A stretch of 64,000 bases of DNA from Octopus vulgaris (lineage: Eukaryota), in NCBI GenBank assembly GCA_951406725.2, contig OX597828.1, positions 11,346,001 through 11,410,000 on the forward strand, given 5' to 3'. Shown here piece after piece: positions 1 to 13,408 of this stretch. The position numbers and the translations under genes are program-made. Under the pieces are notes generated by a model. That model was not told the DNA's origin, did not search any database, and saw only the letters and a program-made list of their open reading frames with translations. Within the stretch, counting starts at the first letter, position 1. Every line of letters starts with the position of its first letter.

Positions 1-739
1 GCATGCATAAACGGCAATTCATACTTGGAAATTTCAAGCACGAGCCCTCAACTACTTTGCTATATATCCAGCCTGGTTAAGTATTTGGATATCAATTATA
101 AACAAAATATGTTTTAGGGATATATACTTACAATAACCCATACTGGATTTCCTTAATACACTGATACATATGCGTAGCAGATATTCACATCATCTCTCTC
201 TCCCATCTCTTTTACTCTCTCTCATCTCTCTCCCTCCCTCTCTCTCCCTCTCTCTCTCTCTGAGAGAGAAAAAGACAGACAGACAGACAGGCACATACAC
301 CCAGGCAAATATACATACATATATGTGTGTATATACCTATATGCTTATATTGTATGACTGTTTGAGTTTGCACTTCGAGTTCTTTACTTTGAGTGGCCTG
401 ACGATGTTTATATAAGCAAATAACACAAAAATGTATGTGTGTGCGTACATGTATGTGTGTATATGTACATATATGTTTGTATGTATGTGTTTATAATTAA
501 GGTGTGTGGTGTGTGTGTGTATGAAAGTGAGAGAGAGAGAGAATGGGAAGGGAGAGAAGAGAGAGAGAGAGAACGGCTTCACAAATAAAAGCGCTAGATA
601 TATTTATAAATATAGTAAAACTAAAATTTATACATATATAATTGAGGGTGTAGATCTGTGCATATGCTGTTGAGCATGTCTGTATGAATGAGTACGAATG
701 ATTGGGGGTACGTGCGCGAGCATGTGTGTATGCATTATA

Positions 740-872
740 GAATGAAAATAATCAAGTATGTGTAAGGTTGAGTTCGAACACACACACGCATATATATGCA
801 TACAATTACACACAGATATATATATAAATGTATGTGTATGTGTATGTATGTATATGTATGTATATATATACG

Positions 873-921
<49 letters not shown>

Positions 922-1207
922 ATATGTGTCTATGTATATATATGTGTGTGTGTGGGGGGTATGTGTGTATGTATATATATATATATGTGTGTGTGGGTAT
1001 GTGTGTATGTATATATATATATGTGTGTGGGTATATGTGTATGTATATATATATATATATGTGTGTGGGTATATGTGTATGTATGTATGTATGTATGTAT
1101 GTATGTATGCATACGTAATCAAATTTAAAAATACAAGTGTGTAAATAACGGACACACACATATTTTCATACATACATATGCATGTATACATATGTGTGTG
1201 TATGTAA

Positions 1208-1260
<53 letters not shown>

Positions 1261-2021
1261 TACATATATGTGTGTGTGTAAATATATATATATATATAAT
1301 ACACATATATATACATACATAGGTATGCATTTATGTATGTATGTATGTAATTTTGTATATATTTGCTCGTAAGATATTATGATACGCTATATAGATAAGC
1401 TATCGACATTTATGAGTATAATGTCCAATAAACTGAGACTAACATCTAGTGTTCAGTGAAAAGTAATCAACGTATGTTTGCTGTATGAAGAGAGGGAGAG
1501 CGAAGGAGAGAGAGAGAGAGGGGGTGGAAAGGAGAGAGACAGACAGACAGACAAGTGTCGATTTCTTGGCCAGTCCTTTACTATTAGACAAATTTCCCAG
1601 TTGACCACCGCAGACTGTGATTGCAGAAGTTCGATTCACAACGCTGACCACATAGGATTTAGTTGATTGTGGTCCACTGAGATATCATATATATATAATA
1701 TAACGTCTATATTTCTAGATCACACACCACTTAAGAGAATAAATGGATACAGAATTGGTCTCCGAAGACCAGAATGGTAAATCTGGTTTCTATTGGAAAA
1801 CAGCCATTTGTTATTGTGAAACGTAAAACCAGCAATCAAAGTTATAGTAATAGTGTTGGCAATATGCCGAATCTTCAGAAAAGAACGATTTCGGGGATAA
1901 ATATTTTTATTTATATATTTATTTTTTTTTTTTTTATTATTATTAAAATATCCTTTTTAACAATCATAGCTTCGACAGTGGCGGAGAGATCTTTAGAGAG
2001 GCTAGGACAGAGACCAAAAGG

Positions 2022-2053
<32 letters not shown>

Positions 2054-2578
2054 ATGTATGTATTTGTATATGTATGTATATATGTATATGTATGTATGCA
2101 TGTATGTGTGTATATATGTATGCATGTATGTATGTATAAATATATGTATGTATGTATGTATGCATATATACCCACTCACACATGAGTATATTCATATTTA
2201 TATATATATATATATATATATATGAATCGCATGTATGCGATTGTATGCATATGTTTGTGTTTGTGTGTATGTATATGCATGTATACGTGCATATGTGTAT
2301 GAAAGTAAGACAGCGTGTATTTTTATCTATTTATACATACGTATAGAAATATATGTGTATATATATATATGTGTGTGTATGTGTGTGTGTGTGTGTGTAT
2401 ATATACATGCATGCATACATACATATCTATATATATATATATATATATGTACATATATGTGTATGAATATATATTTATATGTATATATGCATGTATGAAT
2501 GTATTGATGGATGGATATATATATATACATATATACGTATATGTATATATATATATACATACGTATGTGTGTGTCTGT

Positions 2579-2617
<39 letters not shown>

Positions 2618-2889
2618 ATTTGAAGCACATGCTGAATGTATACAATGCACGAACATATTTAGAGATAATACTTGAAAAAGAGAGCGTGGGTGGGGACATG
2701 ATAATTACAGAATCCCTTTTAACAATGACTACAACAGCAAGAGCTGGAGAAGGAATTTGGATGATATAGAAGGATGTGTGTGTGTGTGTGCGAGTGTGTA
2801 TATACATGTATATTTATACATACATACGTACATACATGCATGCATACATAAATACACAAATACACATATGCATACATATGTACACGTAT

Positions 2890-2921
<32 letters not shown>

Positions 2922-3045
2922 GTATACAAGTGCGGAAAGTGGACGCTAAACGATGATCATGATGATGATCACAATTAGCTTTCCTTATATATATATATAC
3001 ATACATACATACACATATATATATATATGATCACAATTAGCTTTC

Positions 3046-3087
<42 letters not shown>

Positions 3088-3229
3088 GAAAGCTAATTGT
3101 GATCATATATATATATATGTGTATGTATGTATGTACGTGTGTGTGTGTGTGCGCGCACATACGTCCGTATATACATATATACGCATAAATGTTGATACGT
3201 ATATGTATATATGCATGTATATATGTATG

Positions 3230-3282
<53 letters not shown>

Positions 3283-3297
3283 GTATATATATATATG

Positions 3298-3333
<36 letters not shown>

Positions 3334-3840
3334 AGTATGTATGTATATATTAGTATGTATGTATATATAAGTATGTATATATGTATGTATATGTATATAT
3401 ATGTATGTATATATATATGTATATATATATATCTGTATGTATATATATATCTGTATATGTTTATATATATGTAAGTATATATATATGTATGTATATATAT
3501 TAGTACATATATATATGTACTAATATATATATATATAAGTATATATATATATATATACGTATATATATATGTATGTATGTATATATATATGCACATAAAT
3601 CTATGTATATGTGTGTGTGTAGACATACATGCAAACATATGTGTGTGTATGTATGCACACACATATACATACATACATACATACATACTCACACACTCAC
3701 AGACATACACAATCATCGTTTCAAACACCCACACACTTAGGAACAAAGAACACCTGAGAAAGAAAGAAAGAAAGAAGGAAAGAAAGACAGAAAGAAAGAG
3801 GGAAAGAAAAACAGAAAGAAAGAGAGAAAGAGAAAGAAAG
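740..3840. repeat. Compound microsatellite field (AT/GT/ATAC/GA)
   Basis: Direct inspection; source of the I/Y/V/C-rich artefact ORFs. Confidence 0.9.
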
Positions 3841-4534
3841 GCGAATGTCGGCCCCTTTCAGTGTTGTGATTTTTCTATGTCGAAGCGCTGGACAATGGGT
3901 TGCAAGTTGAATGTAATCCAATTCAATTTCTTTTTACTAAACTAAGACATACAATCATGTCTTTCTTCATTAGATGCAGCCATATTTGCAAACACTAAAA
4001 TCTGTTTCATTCTACCTTTGCTTTGTCTTACGTTGGCAAATAATCGAATTTCTGAAGTATTTTCTTGTCCTTGATCCGTGCATTAATGAGCAAACGGAAG
4101 ATATTGAATTTGGGTCAATATACTACAAAACTATAAATCATTGAAGAAAACAGAGTGGATGGAAAACTGCCCATTATTTCTTCAGATATCTATTATTTTA
4201 TGCCTTTATATAATTAGGTGGCCAGCCTAAAGAGTATTACTTTCTACACCGCATCTTTGATGGAATATTACGTTTCCGTTAAGGTAATAAATACAACTAT
4301 AAAATAATTAAGTAATGGTATGCTTCTGTGGTTGAGAAGCTCGTTTCGCAATCGCCCGGTTTCGGTTTCATTTCTATTGATAAGACGAGAAAAAATATTT
4401 GTAGCGTGGCACCATCGATTAAAAAATATGAATTACAGCTTTGTTTCATTTGTTGTGATCTATGGTGCCACACCCAATGATCATAGTATTATTAACCAGA
4501 AACTTAATGCTTTGAACGTAAGTTTCCATCATTC

Positions 4535-5429
<895 letters not shown>

Positions 5430-5430
<1 letters not shown>

Positions 5431-5931
5431 CTTTTATTCTTTTCAGTCATTAGACTGCAGCGATATGGAGCACTGCCTTAGTCGAGCAAATCAACTCCAG
5501 GACTTATGCCTTGTAAGCCTAGTACTTATTCTATCGGTCTCTTTTGCCGAACCGCTAAGTTACGGGGATGTAGACACACCAGCATCGGTTGTCAAGCGAT
5601 GCTGGAGGGACAAAGACAGACATATACACGGCATCCAACCGTAGAAACACTGCCAGATCAGACTGGACCTGATGCAGCCTTCTGGCTTCACAGACCCCAG
5701 TTGAACCGTCCAACCCATGCTAGCATGGAAAGCGGACGCTAAATGATGATGATGATGATATATATATACATGACGGCTTCTTTCAGTTTCCGTCTACCAA
5801 ATCCACTCACAAGGCTTTGGTCAACCTGAGGCTATAGTAGAAGACACTTGCCCAGGGTGCCACGCTTTGGAATTGAACCCGTAACCATGTGGTTGGTACG
5901 CAAGCGACTCAGCACACAACCACTCCTTCAC

Positions 5932-5935
<4 letters not shown>
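5430..5935 (-). mobile_element. SINE-A (tRNA head + CORE-like domain) with SINE-C 3' fragment inside
   Basis: Reverse complement of GGAGTGGCTGTGTGGTAAG...CACCTTGGGCAAGTGTCTTCTACTATAGCC...CAAATGACTGAAACAAGTAAAAG; a SINE-C tail lies at about 5630-5757. Confidence 0.8.
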
Positions 5936-5972
<37 letters not shown>

Positions 5973-6039
5973 TGTATACATATATGTATGTATGTATACA
6001 TATATATATATATATACACACACACATATACATATACAT

Positions 6040-6272
6040 ATTGTTGTATTTGGGGATGGTCATTTTTTTTTTGCCAAATAAGCACACGCACTATATATTC
6101 GTTCTTCACTCGTTCATTATTGTTCATACTCTAACTAGTGTCCATTGTCCGCAAATCTTTCGTCACTCATCTGAAGAGTAATAAGAACAGCAATAAACGA
6201 GTGAAGACCGAATATATAGTGCGTATGTTTATGTGGCAAAATAAAAAAAAATGCCTATCCCCAAATACAATA
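6040..6272. repeat. Fold-back element, arms of about 85 bp
   Basis: TTGTATTTGGGGAT...CGCACTATATATTCG.TCTTCACTCGTT versus AACGAGTGAAGA.CGAATATATAGTGCG...ATCCCCAAATACAA. Confidence 0.8.
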
Positions 6273-6366
6273 TCAGTTCCAACACACGACGTCACGTCAG
6301 GAATCTTGCAACATAAATTCATAAACGTATATATGCGTGTGTGTGTGTGACTGTATAGATATAAAT

Positions 6367-6512
6367 GATTATTGGTGAATTTGTCTACGATTCGTCTACA
6401 ACAATGTATGTGTGTGTGTGTGTGTGTGGTTGTAGATGATTTATATCCGTCGATAAATTGCTGTAAATGAATTGTTGTAGACGAACTGTTGTAGACAAAT
6501 TCGCTGGAAACC
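6367..6512. mobile_element. Short MITE with subterminal 15-bp repeats
   Basis: GAATTTGTCTAC...TTCGTCTACAACA versus TGTTGTAGACGAACTGTTGTAGACAAATTC. Confidence 0.5.
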
Positions 6513-6584
6513 TATATATATATATATGATTGACCGCTTCCCTGACAAATTCTTTTATTCTGTCTCTGTCTATTTCCTCGTGTT

Positions 6585-6622
6585 CCTTTCTGTTGAAGAG
6601 CGTTGGTTCGAAACGTAAAAGA
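6585..6622 (+). ncRNA. Second copy of the variant-core hammerhead-like motif, in a repeat spanning about 6530-6705
   Basis: CCTTT-CTGTTGA-A-GAGC(GTTG)GTTC-GAAAC-GTA-AAAGA. Confidence 0.5.
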
Positions 6623-6702
6623 CTTTCTCACCTTAGCGAGCGTCAAACTAATACACCTGTTTGTTGTTTATACACCTGTCTTAGTTTTTTTTGTTTTTCT
6701 CT

Positions 6703-6743
<41 letters not shown>

Positions 6744-6898
6744 CAGCAAAGCTTATACAAAGCTTTACATTTTACATTTGACGACCTTTTTCTAAATAAG
6801 TGAAACCAGTCAAGTGAATAAACATCTTTAAAATTGCATTTTCAAACCTTCTTTCACATATATTTCCACTTGTGCAGAATCTTAAAACTTTACTTTGT

Positions 6899-6956
<58 letters not shown>

Positions 6957-7144
6957 CTTTATTACAAAGCAGCAAAAATATCACAAAAACTGTTACTCAG
7001 AATTTCACGTTCCTGTTCGTGAAACTCTAACAGTTTTTGTGATATTTTTGCTGCTTCTTGATAAAGCATATTACTCTGCCTCTGGTATTCGACTACTATT
7101 TTTTCCACCTTGTTTAGCATTTATATGCTTACTCTGTTATATAT

Positions 7145-7202
<58 letters not shown>

Positions 7203-7204
7203 GA

Positions 7205-7600
7205 AGTAGCATAGCATTACCTTTATTTCCTTTTTTTATACATACAGCTTCAAATAGACCTACACGTGTTTCTACCGCATCCATGAGTAACTGTTGCAAT
7301 TGCATACCTACTATAGTACTGGTGCTGTTTCTTCGGTGTCTTCACTTATATATCCTTTGATTTAACTGTTTAACTGTTTTGTCGTTGATCCACTCTGCAT
7401 TGTATGATGTGGAGTTGTTTGTTAATTTAGACGTGAATTATCTTCAATTCTGGTTTCAATTGGATATTCGCTTATAGCCAGTTATTTCAAAACATTCTGT
7501 TGTTCAGATGTTTATTGCTCATTTATATTGAGGAAAAGTAATTTCTTTATAGGCAAGCACTCAATGCTTGTTTGTATATTTCTGTGCATGCGAGCCTGTG
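7205..7600 (-). mobile_element. Probable 3' end / pseudo-LTR fragment of a Penelope-like element with hammerhead-like motif
   Basis: Degenerate C-terminal CL..K.L...LNNR-like coding remnant at about 7470-7565, followed on the minus strand by CCGAAGA-stem-GAAAC-ACGT-GTA at 7257-7340. Confidence 0.5.
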
Positions 7601-7797
7601 TATATGTGTTTATGTACATTATATTCAATATAATATACACACATACATATATTTTATATGTATATTAATTATAATCGAGGATTTTTTACATGTTTAGCCA
7701 ACATGTACAACATTGTGATTCCTATTAGCCAGCGAAACATATGTAATGGTGAATAGATAATACCAAGAAATTTCCCAATTTCCTGTTTTGTTATGTA

Positions 7798-9403
7798 CAG
7801 TGGCGGCCAAAATGTTCAGAACGGCATTGTTTTCGTCAGAAAAGTACGTATAAATTTTTATCAAAGTAGTTTTATATTCTATAATTTTCACAGATTAATT
7901 AATATTAATTGCTATTGTCTGAGATTTTGGTGTAATTTGAGAGGAAAGTACAAAAGTTATGGATGATTTAGTGATTTACTGCAAAACCCATGGCGGCCAA
8001 AATGATCGGAACGGTTGAAAAAATAACAAAATAATCAAAAATGACAGAGAATACTGGAATTATTTAATATTTAGTGTGAAGCCCTTTAGCTTCAATCACA
8101 CTCTGATATCTTCGACTGCATGAGGAAATTAAATTTTCAATTTCTTGCTGGGTGATCTTATTCCATTCTTCCTGAAGGGCATTCCATAATTGCTCAGTTG
8201 TTTTAGGATTTCTGGCTTTCGAACGTTCTCCTAGAATATTCCATACATTTTCAATAGGATTGAGATCTGGGCTTTGAGCAGGCCAATCCATAACAATAAC
8301 CTTTTCAGCCTTGAGGAAGTTCATGACCACCTTAGCCTTGGTGACATGGGGCATTGTCCTGCATGAATATGGGTGGTCGCTTAGTTGAATTTCTCAGCAC
8401 ATGCAAGACATGATCTTTTACAAGTTGTTTATAAACTCCTACGTTTACCTTTCCATGTAATCGCACCAAAGGGCCCACACCATCTCCAGATATCATCCCC
8501 CAAACCATGACACTTCCTCCACCGAATTTGACACTAGTCTTAAGGCATTTAGGCGACAATTTTTCACCTACTTTCGACGAACGTACCTTTTCCCATCTGA
8601 GCCAAATAACATAAACTTAGATTCATCACTGAAATGTACCGTTTGCCATTTTTCTTGAGACCACAACACATGTTCGGTTGCAAAGGTAATACGACACTCT
8701 TTATTCTTGGAGCTGATCAGTGGCTTCACTGCAGGTGGTCTTGCTTGTAGGTCATGTTCAACTAAACGACGAGACACAGTTTTTCGAGATAAAGTTTTCT
8801 TCAATACTATGCTCATTTTCCGAGAAACAGTAGCAGTTTTAAATCTGTCCTTTTTAACCAACTTTACCATAGCACGATCGTCTCTCTTGGTCGTTTTTCT
8901 TGGCCTGCCTGTAAACTTTCTTGCTTCACACGAACCACAATCATCGTAGACCTTAAGAATACCGTGTACAACACTTTTTGACTTGTTAACAATCTTTGCA
9001 ATAGATCCTTCTTTCGAAGCTTAATAATCTGCTGACGAATTGGTAACGGAGTAAGTGGCATTATATTAACAAAGTACACTGCAAATATTCTTACTAATGT
9101 TTAGTAAACGAACCGTCACGTAAACAAATTCAAAACATTAGAGTTCGCCGGTTAAATATACTAAAACACGGAGTAAAAGCAACCGTTCTGATCATTTTGG
9201 CCGCCATGGGTTTTGCAGTAAATCACTAAATCATCCATAACTTTTGTATTATCCTCTCAAATTACACCAAAATCTCAGGTAATAACAAATAATATCGTAT
9301 TTACCGTCTGTGAAAATTATAGAATATAAAACAACTTTGATAAAAAATTATATCTACTTTACTGACGAAAACAATGCCGTTCTGAACATTTTGGCCGCCA
9401 CTG
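7798..9403 (-). mobile_element. Tc1-family DNA transposon, full length, IR/DR-type long TIRs
   Basis: TA|CAGTGGCGGCCAAAATGTTCAGAACGG ... CCGTTCTGAACATTTTGGCCGCCACTG|TA; TIRs of about 220 bp (7798-8017 and 9180-9403); TA target duplication on both sides. Confidence 0.95.
8064..9061 (-). pseudogene. Tc1 transposase (DD34E), frameshifted
   Basis: Pieces in different frames: MPLTPLPIRQQIIKL..., WQTVHFSDESKF, VKFGGGSVMVWG, FMQDNAPCH, WPAQSPDLNPIENVW. There are 34 residues between the second D and E once one extra C near 8341 is removed. Confidence 0.92.
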
Positions 9404-9410
9404 TATATAT

Positions 9411-9558
9411 AGGAGTGGTTGTGTGGTCAAAAGCTTGCTTCCCAACCACATGGTGACACTGCGTGACACTTTGGGCAGGTGTGTTGTACTATAGCCTTGG
9501 GCCGACCAAAGCCTTGTGAGTGGATTTGGTAGACAGAAACTGAAAGAAGGTCGTCGCA

Positions 9559-9607
<49 letters not shown>

Positions 9608-10205
9608 TTATGTATTTGTGTGTCCATGTTTGCCCCCACTATCGCTTAACAACCGATGTTGGTGTGTTTACGTCCCCGTACCTTAGCGGTTTGGCACAAG
9701 AGACCGATAGCATATGAATAAGTCCTGGCGACAAATGACTGAAACAAGTAAAAAACTAAAAGAATATATATGCACACGCATATATAAATGCATACAAATA
9801 TGTGCATGTGTGTGTGGAGAGAGAGATATAGGTAAGTATATATTAAGAAAAGAAGCTTGCTTCCCAATCATATGGTTCCAGGTTCAGTCCCACTGTGCAG
9901 CACCTTGGGCAAGTGTCTTCTACTATAGCCTCAAGCTGACCGAAGCCTTGTGACTGGATTGGGTAGACGGAAACTGAAAGAAGCCCATATATATATATAT
10001 TTGTGTGTGTCTGTGTTTGTCCCTCCACCATCACTTGGCAACCGATATTGCTGTGTTTGTGTCCAAGCAACTTAACAATTCGGTCAAAGAGACCGATAGA
10101 ATAAGTACTAGGCTTACAAAGAATGAGTCCTGGGGTCGATTTGGTCAACTAAAGGCGGTGCTCCAGCATGGCTGCAGTCAAATGACTGAAACAAGTAAAG
10201 AATAA
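9411..10205 (+). mobile_element. Two SINE-A copies in tandem
   Basis: Copies at about 9411-9760 and 9845-10205 with the same head, internal (AT)n/(GT)n and tail. Confidence 0.85.
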
Positions 10206-11029
10206 ATGAATTTACTGGCACACACTTTCAGAGATATTTACCCTCGTTTTGATAGCAGCATCATCTCCAAATATCACGCAGCGTTACAATATCAGAACGA
10301 AACAATTTGACTAAGACACTGTTTTTTTATTTTACAATAATAATCATTGTTTAAACCACGCCCATCCAGGATAAGTTATCATAGCTAAGAAAGTGATTGT
10401 GACCACTCGAGGACTCCCCAGTTATGTCATCTTTGTTTATCAAGAAAAATGCAATCAGCATGTCTCAAAAATGTACGTGCAATTGACGTCATGTTCCCTG
10501 TAATTCTGAAGCCACAAAACCAACAAAGGAAAACATATGGCATTCTTCTGATAAACAATATTATATAATCGGTTGAAAAATCTAGGAATAGATTAGTTAG
10601 TACAGAAAACAGCAACAGAACAATGGCAGCGATATTCAGAGCCAGCGGTCAACAAGACGGCGTCGACCACAAACAGCAGTATAACGTAATTACCATATTC
10701 TAGGATATATCATACAGCTTTCTCATTTATAGCTAACAGCATTGGCTCAAAGAAAAACAGCCAGACACCGAATTAACGATACAGAACATATTGAATTTTA
10801 CAAGCAGACACAGCTAAACACTAACTAACCACACAACATTTTCGCTTCACCACGTCTTGACGTTATAGCTATTACATCGCAGAATTTATCAGCAACAACA
10901 AGTCATCAAATTCCACTTCATATTTAACCGTCCTCCGTTCGGCAGATATTTAGCTAAATGCACCAGTTCTTCAGTTCTAACTGTTCGTTTATATAGTACA
11001 TCTTTTATATTCAGGATTAAAAGCCATAG

Positions 11030-11438
11030 AGGTTCTGAGCACTTAAAAGATTTTGGTAAACCCCTTTCCTCATATGTAATTCAAAATATAAACAATAACA
11101 AACCATTAAGTAAATTTTTTATTTTTCAAAATACAACAAAACTAACAGTAAGATGAGAAATAATGTTTATTTTTGTATACTTCCTCTTTATTTATATTTG
11201 AAAAGTTTTCTCCTACTTTTTTTTTTTTAATTGCAAAGTCTTTGCTCAGATCCTCTCTATGACACTGAGAACACTTCGAAATTATATTTCAGATCATATT
11301 AACCACTTTAAATATTATTTTAGCAAGTTTGAAAATGACTCCTTTTGTGCTGTAAACCATTTACCGATTCTGCGGTGTTCCCCTTCCTTTGATGCCGTAA
11401 GCACATGATAATTTTGCTTAATGGCAAATCCAGCGCTG
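11030..11438. mobile_element. Degenerate hAT-like non-autonomous element
   Basis: Right end AATCCAGCGCTG and left end CAGGATTAA resemble CAGnGCnGGATT-type TIRs; AT-rich interior; TSD not confirmed. Confidence 0.3.
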
Positions 11439-13134
11439 TTTATATTGTTTGTGTAACGATTACGTATAAACCCATGTAGCATACTTATAAATATATCAAT
11501 TTTAACCTATCTTTCTGAAGACTGAAAGGAAAAGTACAGCCTCAATCGATTTTCAAATCTCATTGGGCTCTCATCAAAGTTGTCTATTATTTGACCAATG
11601 CCAGAGAAAAAAAGTAACCATTCTGTTTATTTACACACCAAATCTAGTTGCGATAGAGAACTGGAGCTGCTAGCTTGCATAACATTAGAGTTTGACACTT
11701 TATTAATACCAGCGGCCTGTCAACGGGGAACCCAGTCTATTCAGTATCAAGATATGATATAATAATTTGTGTTAACCTACATAAGATACACACAAACATG
11801 TTGATTTTTCATGAACAATGTATTTCTTATTACAATGAGACAATTATTAAATTGCATGAACATCAAGCTAATTTCTCATTAAGCCCTCTTAAAAATATTG
11901 TTATTAGCCACATCGACTTGTGGCTGTAATAACATTTCCTGTCTGTTGTTTGTACAGAATGGATAGATGTCCATATTTTATTTTATTTTGATTTGAAGTA
12001 ATTTATTTTGTGTCACGGTGACACACAAAAATAGATAGATAGATAGATAGACAGGCAGATAAATAGAGAAAGAAAGAGAGAGAATGAATCGATAACCTTA
12101 TACCAGTACTGCGTGTGTAAATTAATTCAATACATTTGACTGTAGTAAAAGGCTGTCGTTTTGTTTATATTGATCATATAATATCGTTTATCGCAATCTC
12201 ATAGTGAATATTAAAAGAGAAATCAGCTGGAAAAGTTTCGATCATTATTAAGATTTCATCAGCAGCTGATTAGTTTCCTTTTAACATTGTTTTTATAATG
12301 ACTATTATTAAAGGCTTATTTAATCGGGTATACTGATTTGCATAAATAACGCATTTTTGGTTGCATCCGTTTATGATGCTGTGATATAGTAAAAAATGAA
12401 CTTATTTATGTTCTCGCTAATTGCATTTTCTTTTCTCTTTCTCCAATGCAAATTCCGCCGAGGTTGACTTTGCCTTTCATCATTTCGGGGTTGATAAATA
12501 AAGTACCAGTCTCGCACTGGAGTCAATGTAATTGACTTAATCTCTTTGTCTGTCCTTGTTTGTCCCCTCTATGTTTAGCCTTGTGGGCAATAAAGAAATA
12601 TATATGTATGTATGCATGTATATATGTAATGTATGTATGTACGAATATATCTATGTAGGTATATGTAAAGAAATGAAAATATCAAGTAAATTCTATTTGA
12701 AAGGATGTCTCGGATTATTACGATGGTATATACCATTAAAGTTTGTCAAGGAGGTAGTTACGCATATGGGGGAATGATATAAATTCTGAACAACTGTTTA
12801 TTATTTTAGTTTAGAGCTTCGAAATCCATATTACAACAACTATAACAAAAATCGTATTTAGGCAAGCACTTTGTCTAAAAGTTGTCATTTTATGATTCGG
12901 GACATATTGCTATTTATCAAGGATCATATATGTGATGACAATTGCAGGTTCACCTCTCTTTGTAATGTACCAAATTTACAGCTATGTTCAGTATGAATCC
13001 CAAGAATTAGTTTGAGATCATGTCTATTTAATCATTTGGGTTAGTGCTTGATTTTGCAGTGGCTGAACGTATCACAGATCCCTCAAGGCAATTTCTATTG
13101 ACTGGATATATCTAAAGTCAATTATATTTTCCGA

Positions 13135-13408
13135 ACATGGCAGATACTAGCGTCGCCTGACTGGCATACGTGTCGGAGACACGTAAAAGCACCAACTGAT
13201 CGTGGCCGTTTGCTAGCCCCTGAGCCAGTGGCACGTAAAAAAACTCCCACTACACTCACGGAGTGGTTGGTATTTGGAAGGGCATCTAGCTGTAGAAACA
13301 CTGCCAGATCAGACTAGAGCCTGGTGCAGCCTCCATGGCTTACCAGACCCCGGTCGAACCGTCCAACCCATGCTAGCATGGAAAACGGATGCTAAATGAT
13401 GATGATGA
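13135..13408 (+). mobile_element. SINE-C ((GAT)n-tailed repeat) inserted in the Penelope-like fossil
   Basis: GGCACGTAAAAA...GGAAGGGCATC.AGCTGTAGAAAC...CCATGCTAGCATGGAAAACGG...(GAT)n. Confidence 0.8.

Noticed and set aside
395-425. CTGACGA followed by a TGTTTATATAAGCA stem (hammerhead-like start)
   Set aside because: No GAAA half-core or stem I partner.
4032-4122. Possible minus-strand exon (ttttgtag ... gtaag; YIDPNSISSVCSLMHGSRTRKYFRNSIICQ)
   Set aside because: No recognisable homology and no partner exons; splice-like signals are frequent by chance in AT-rich DNA.
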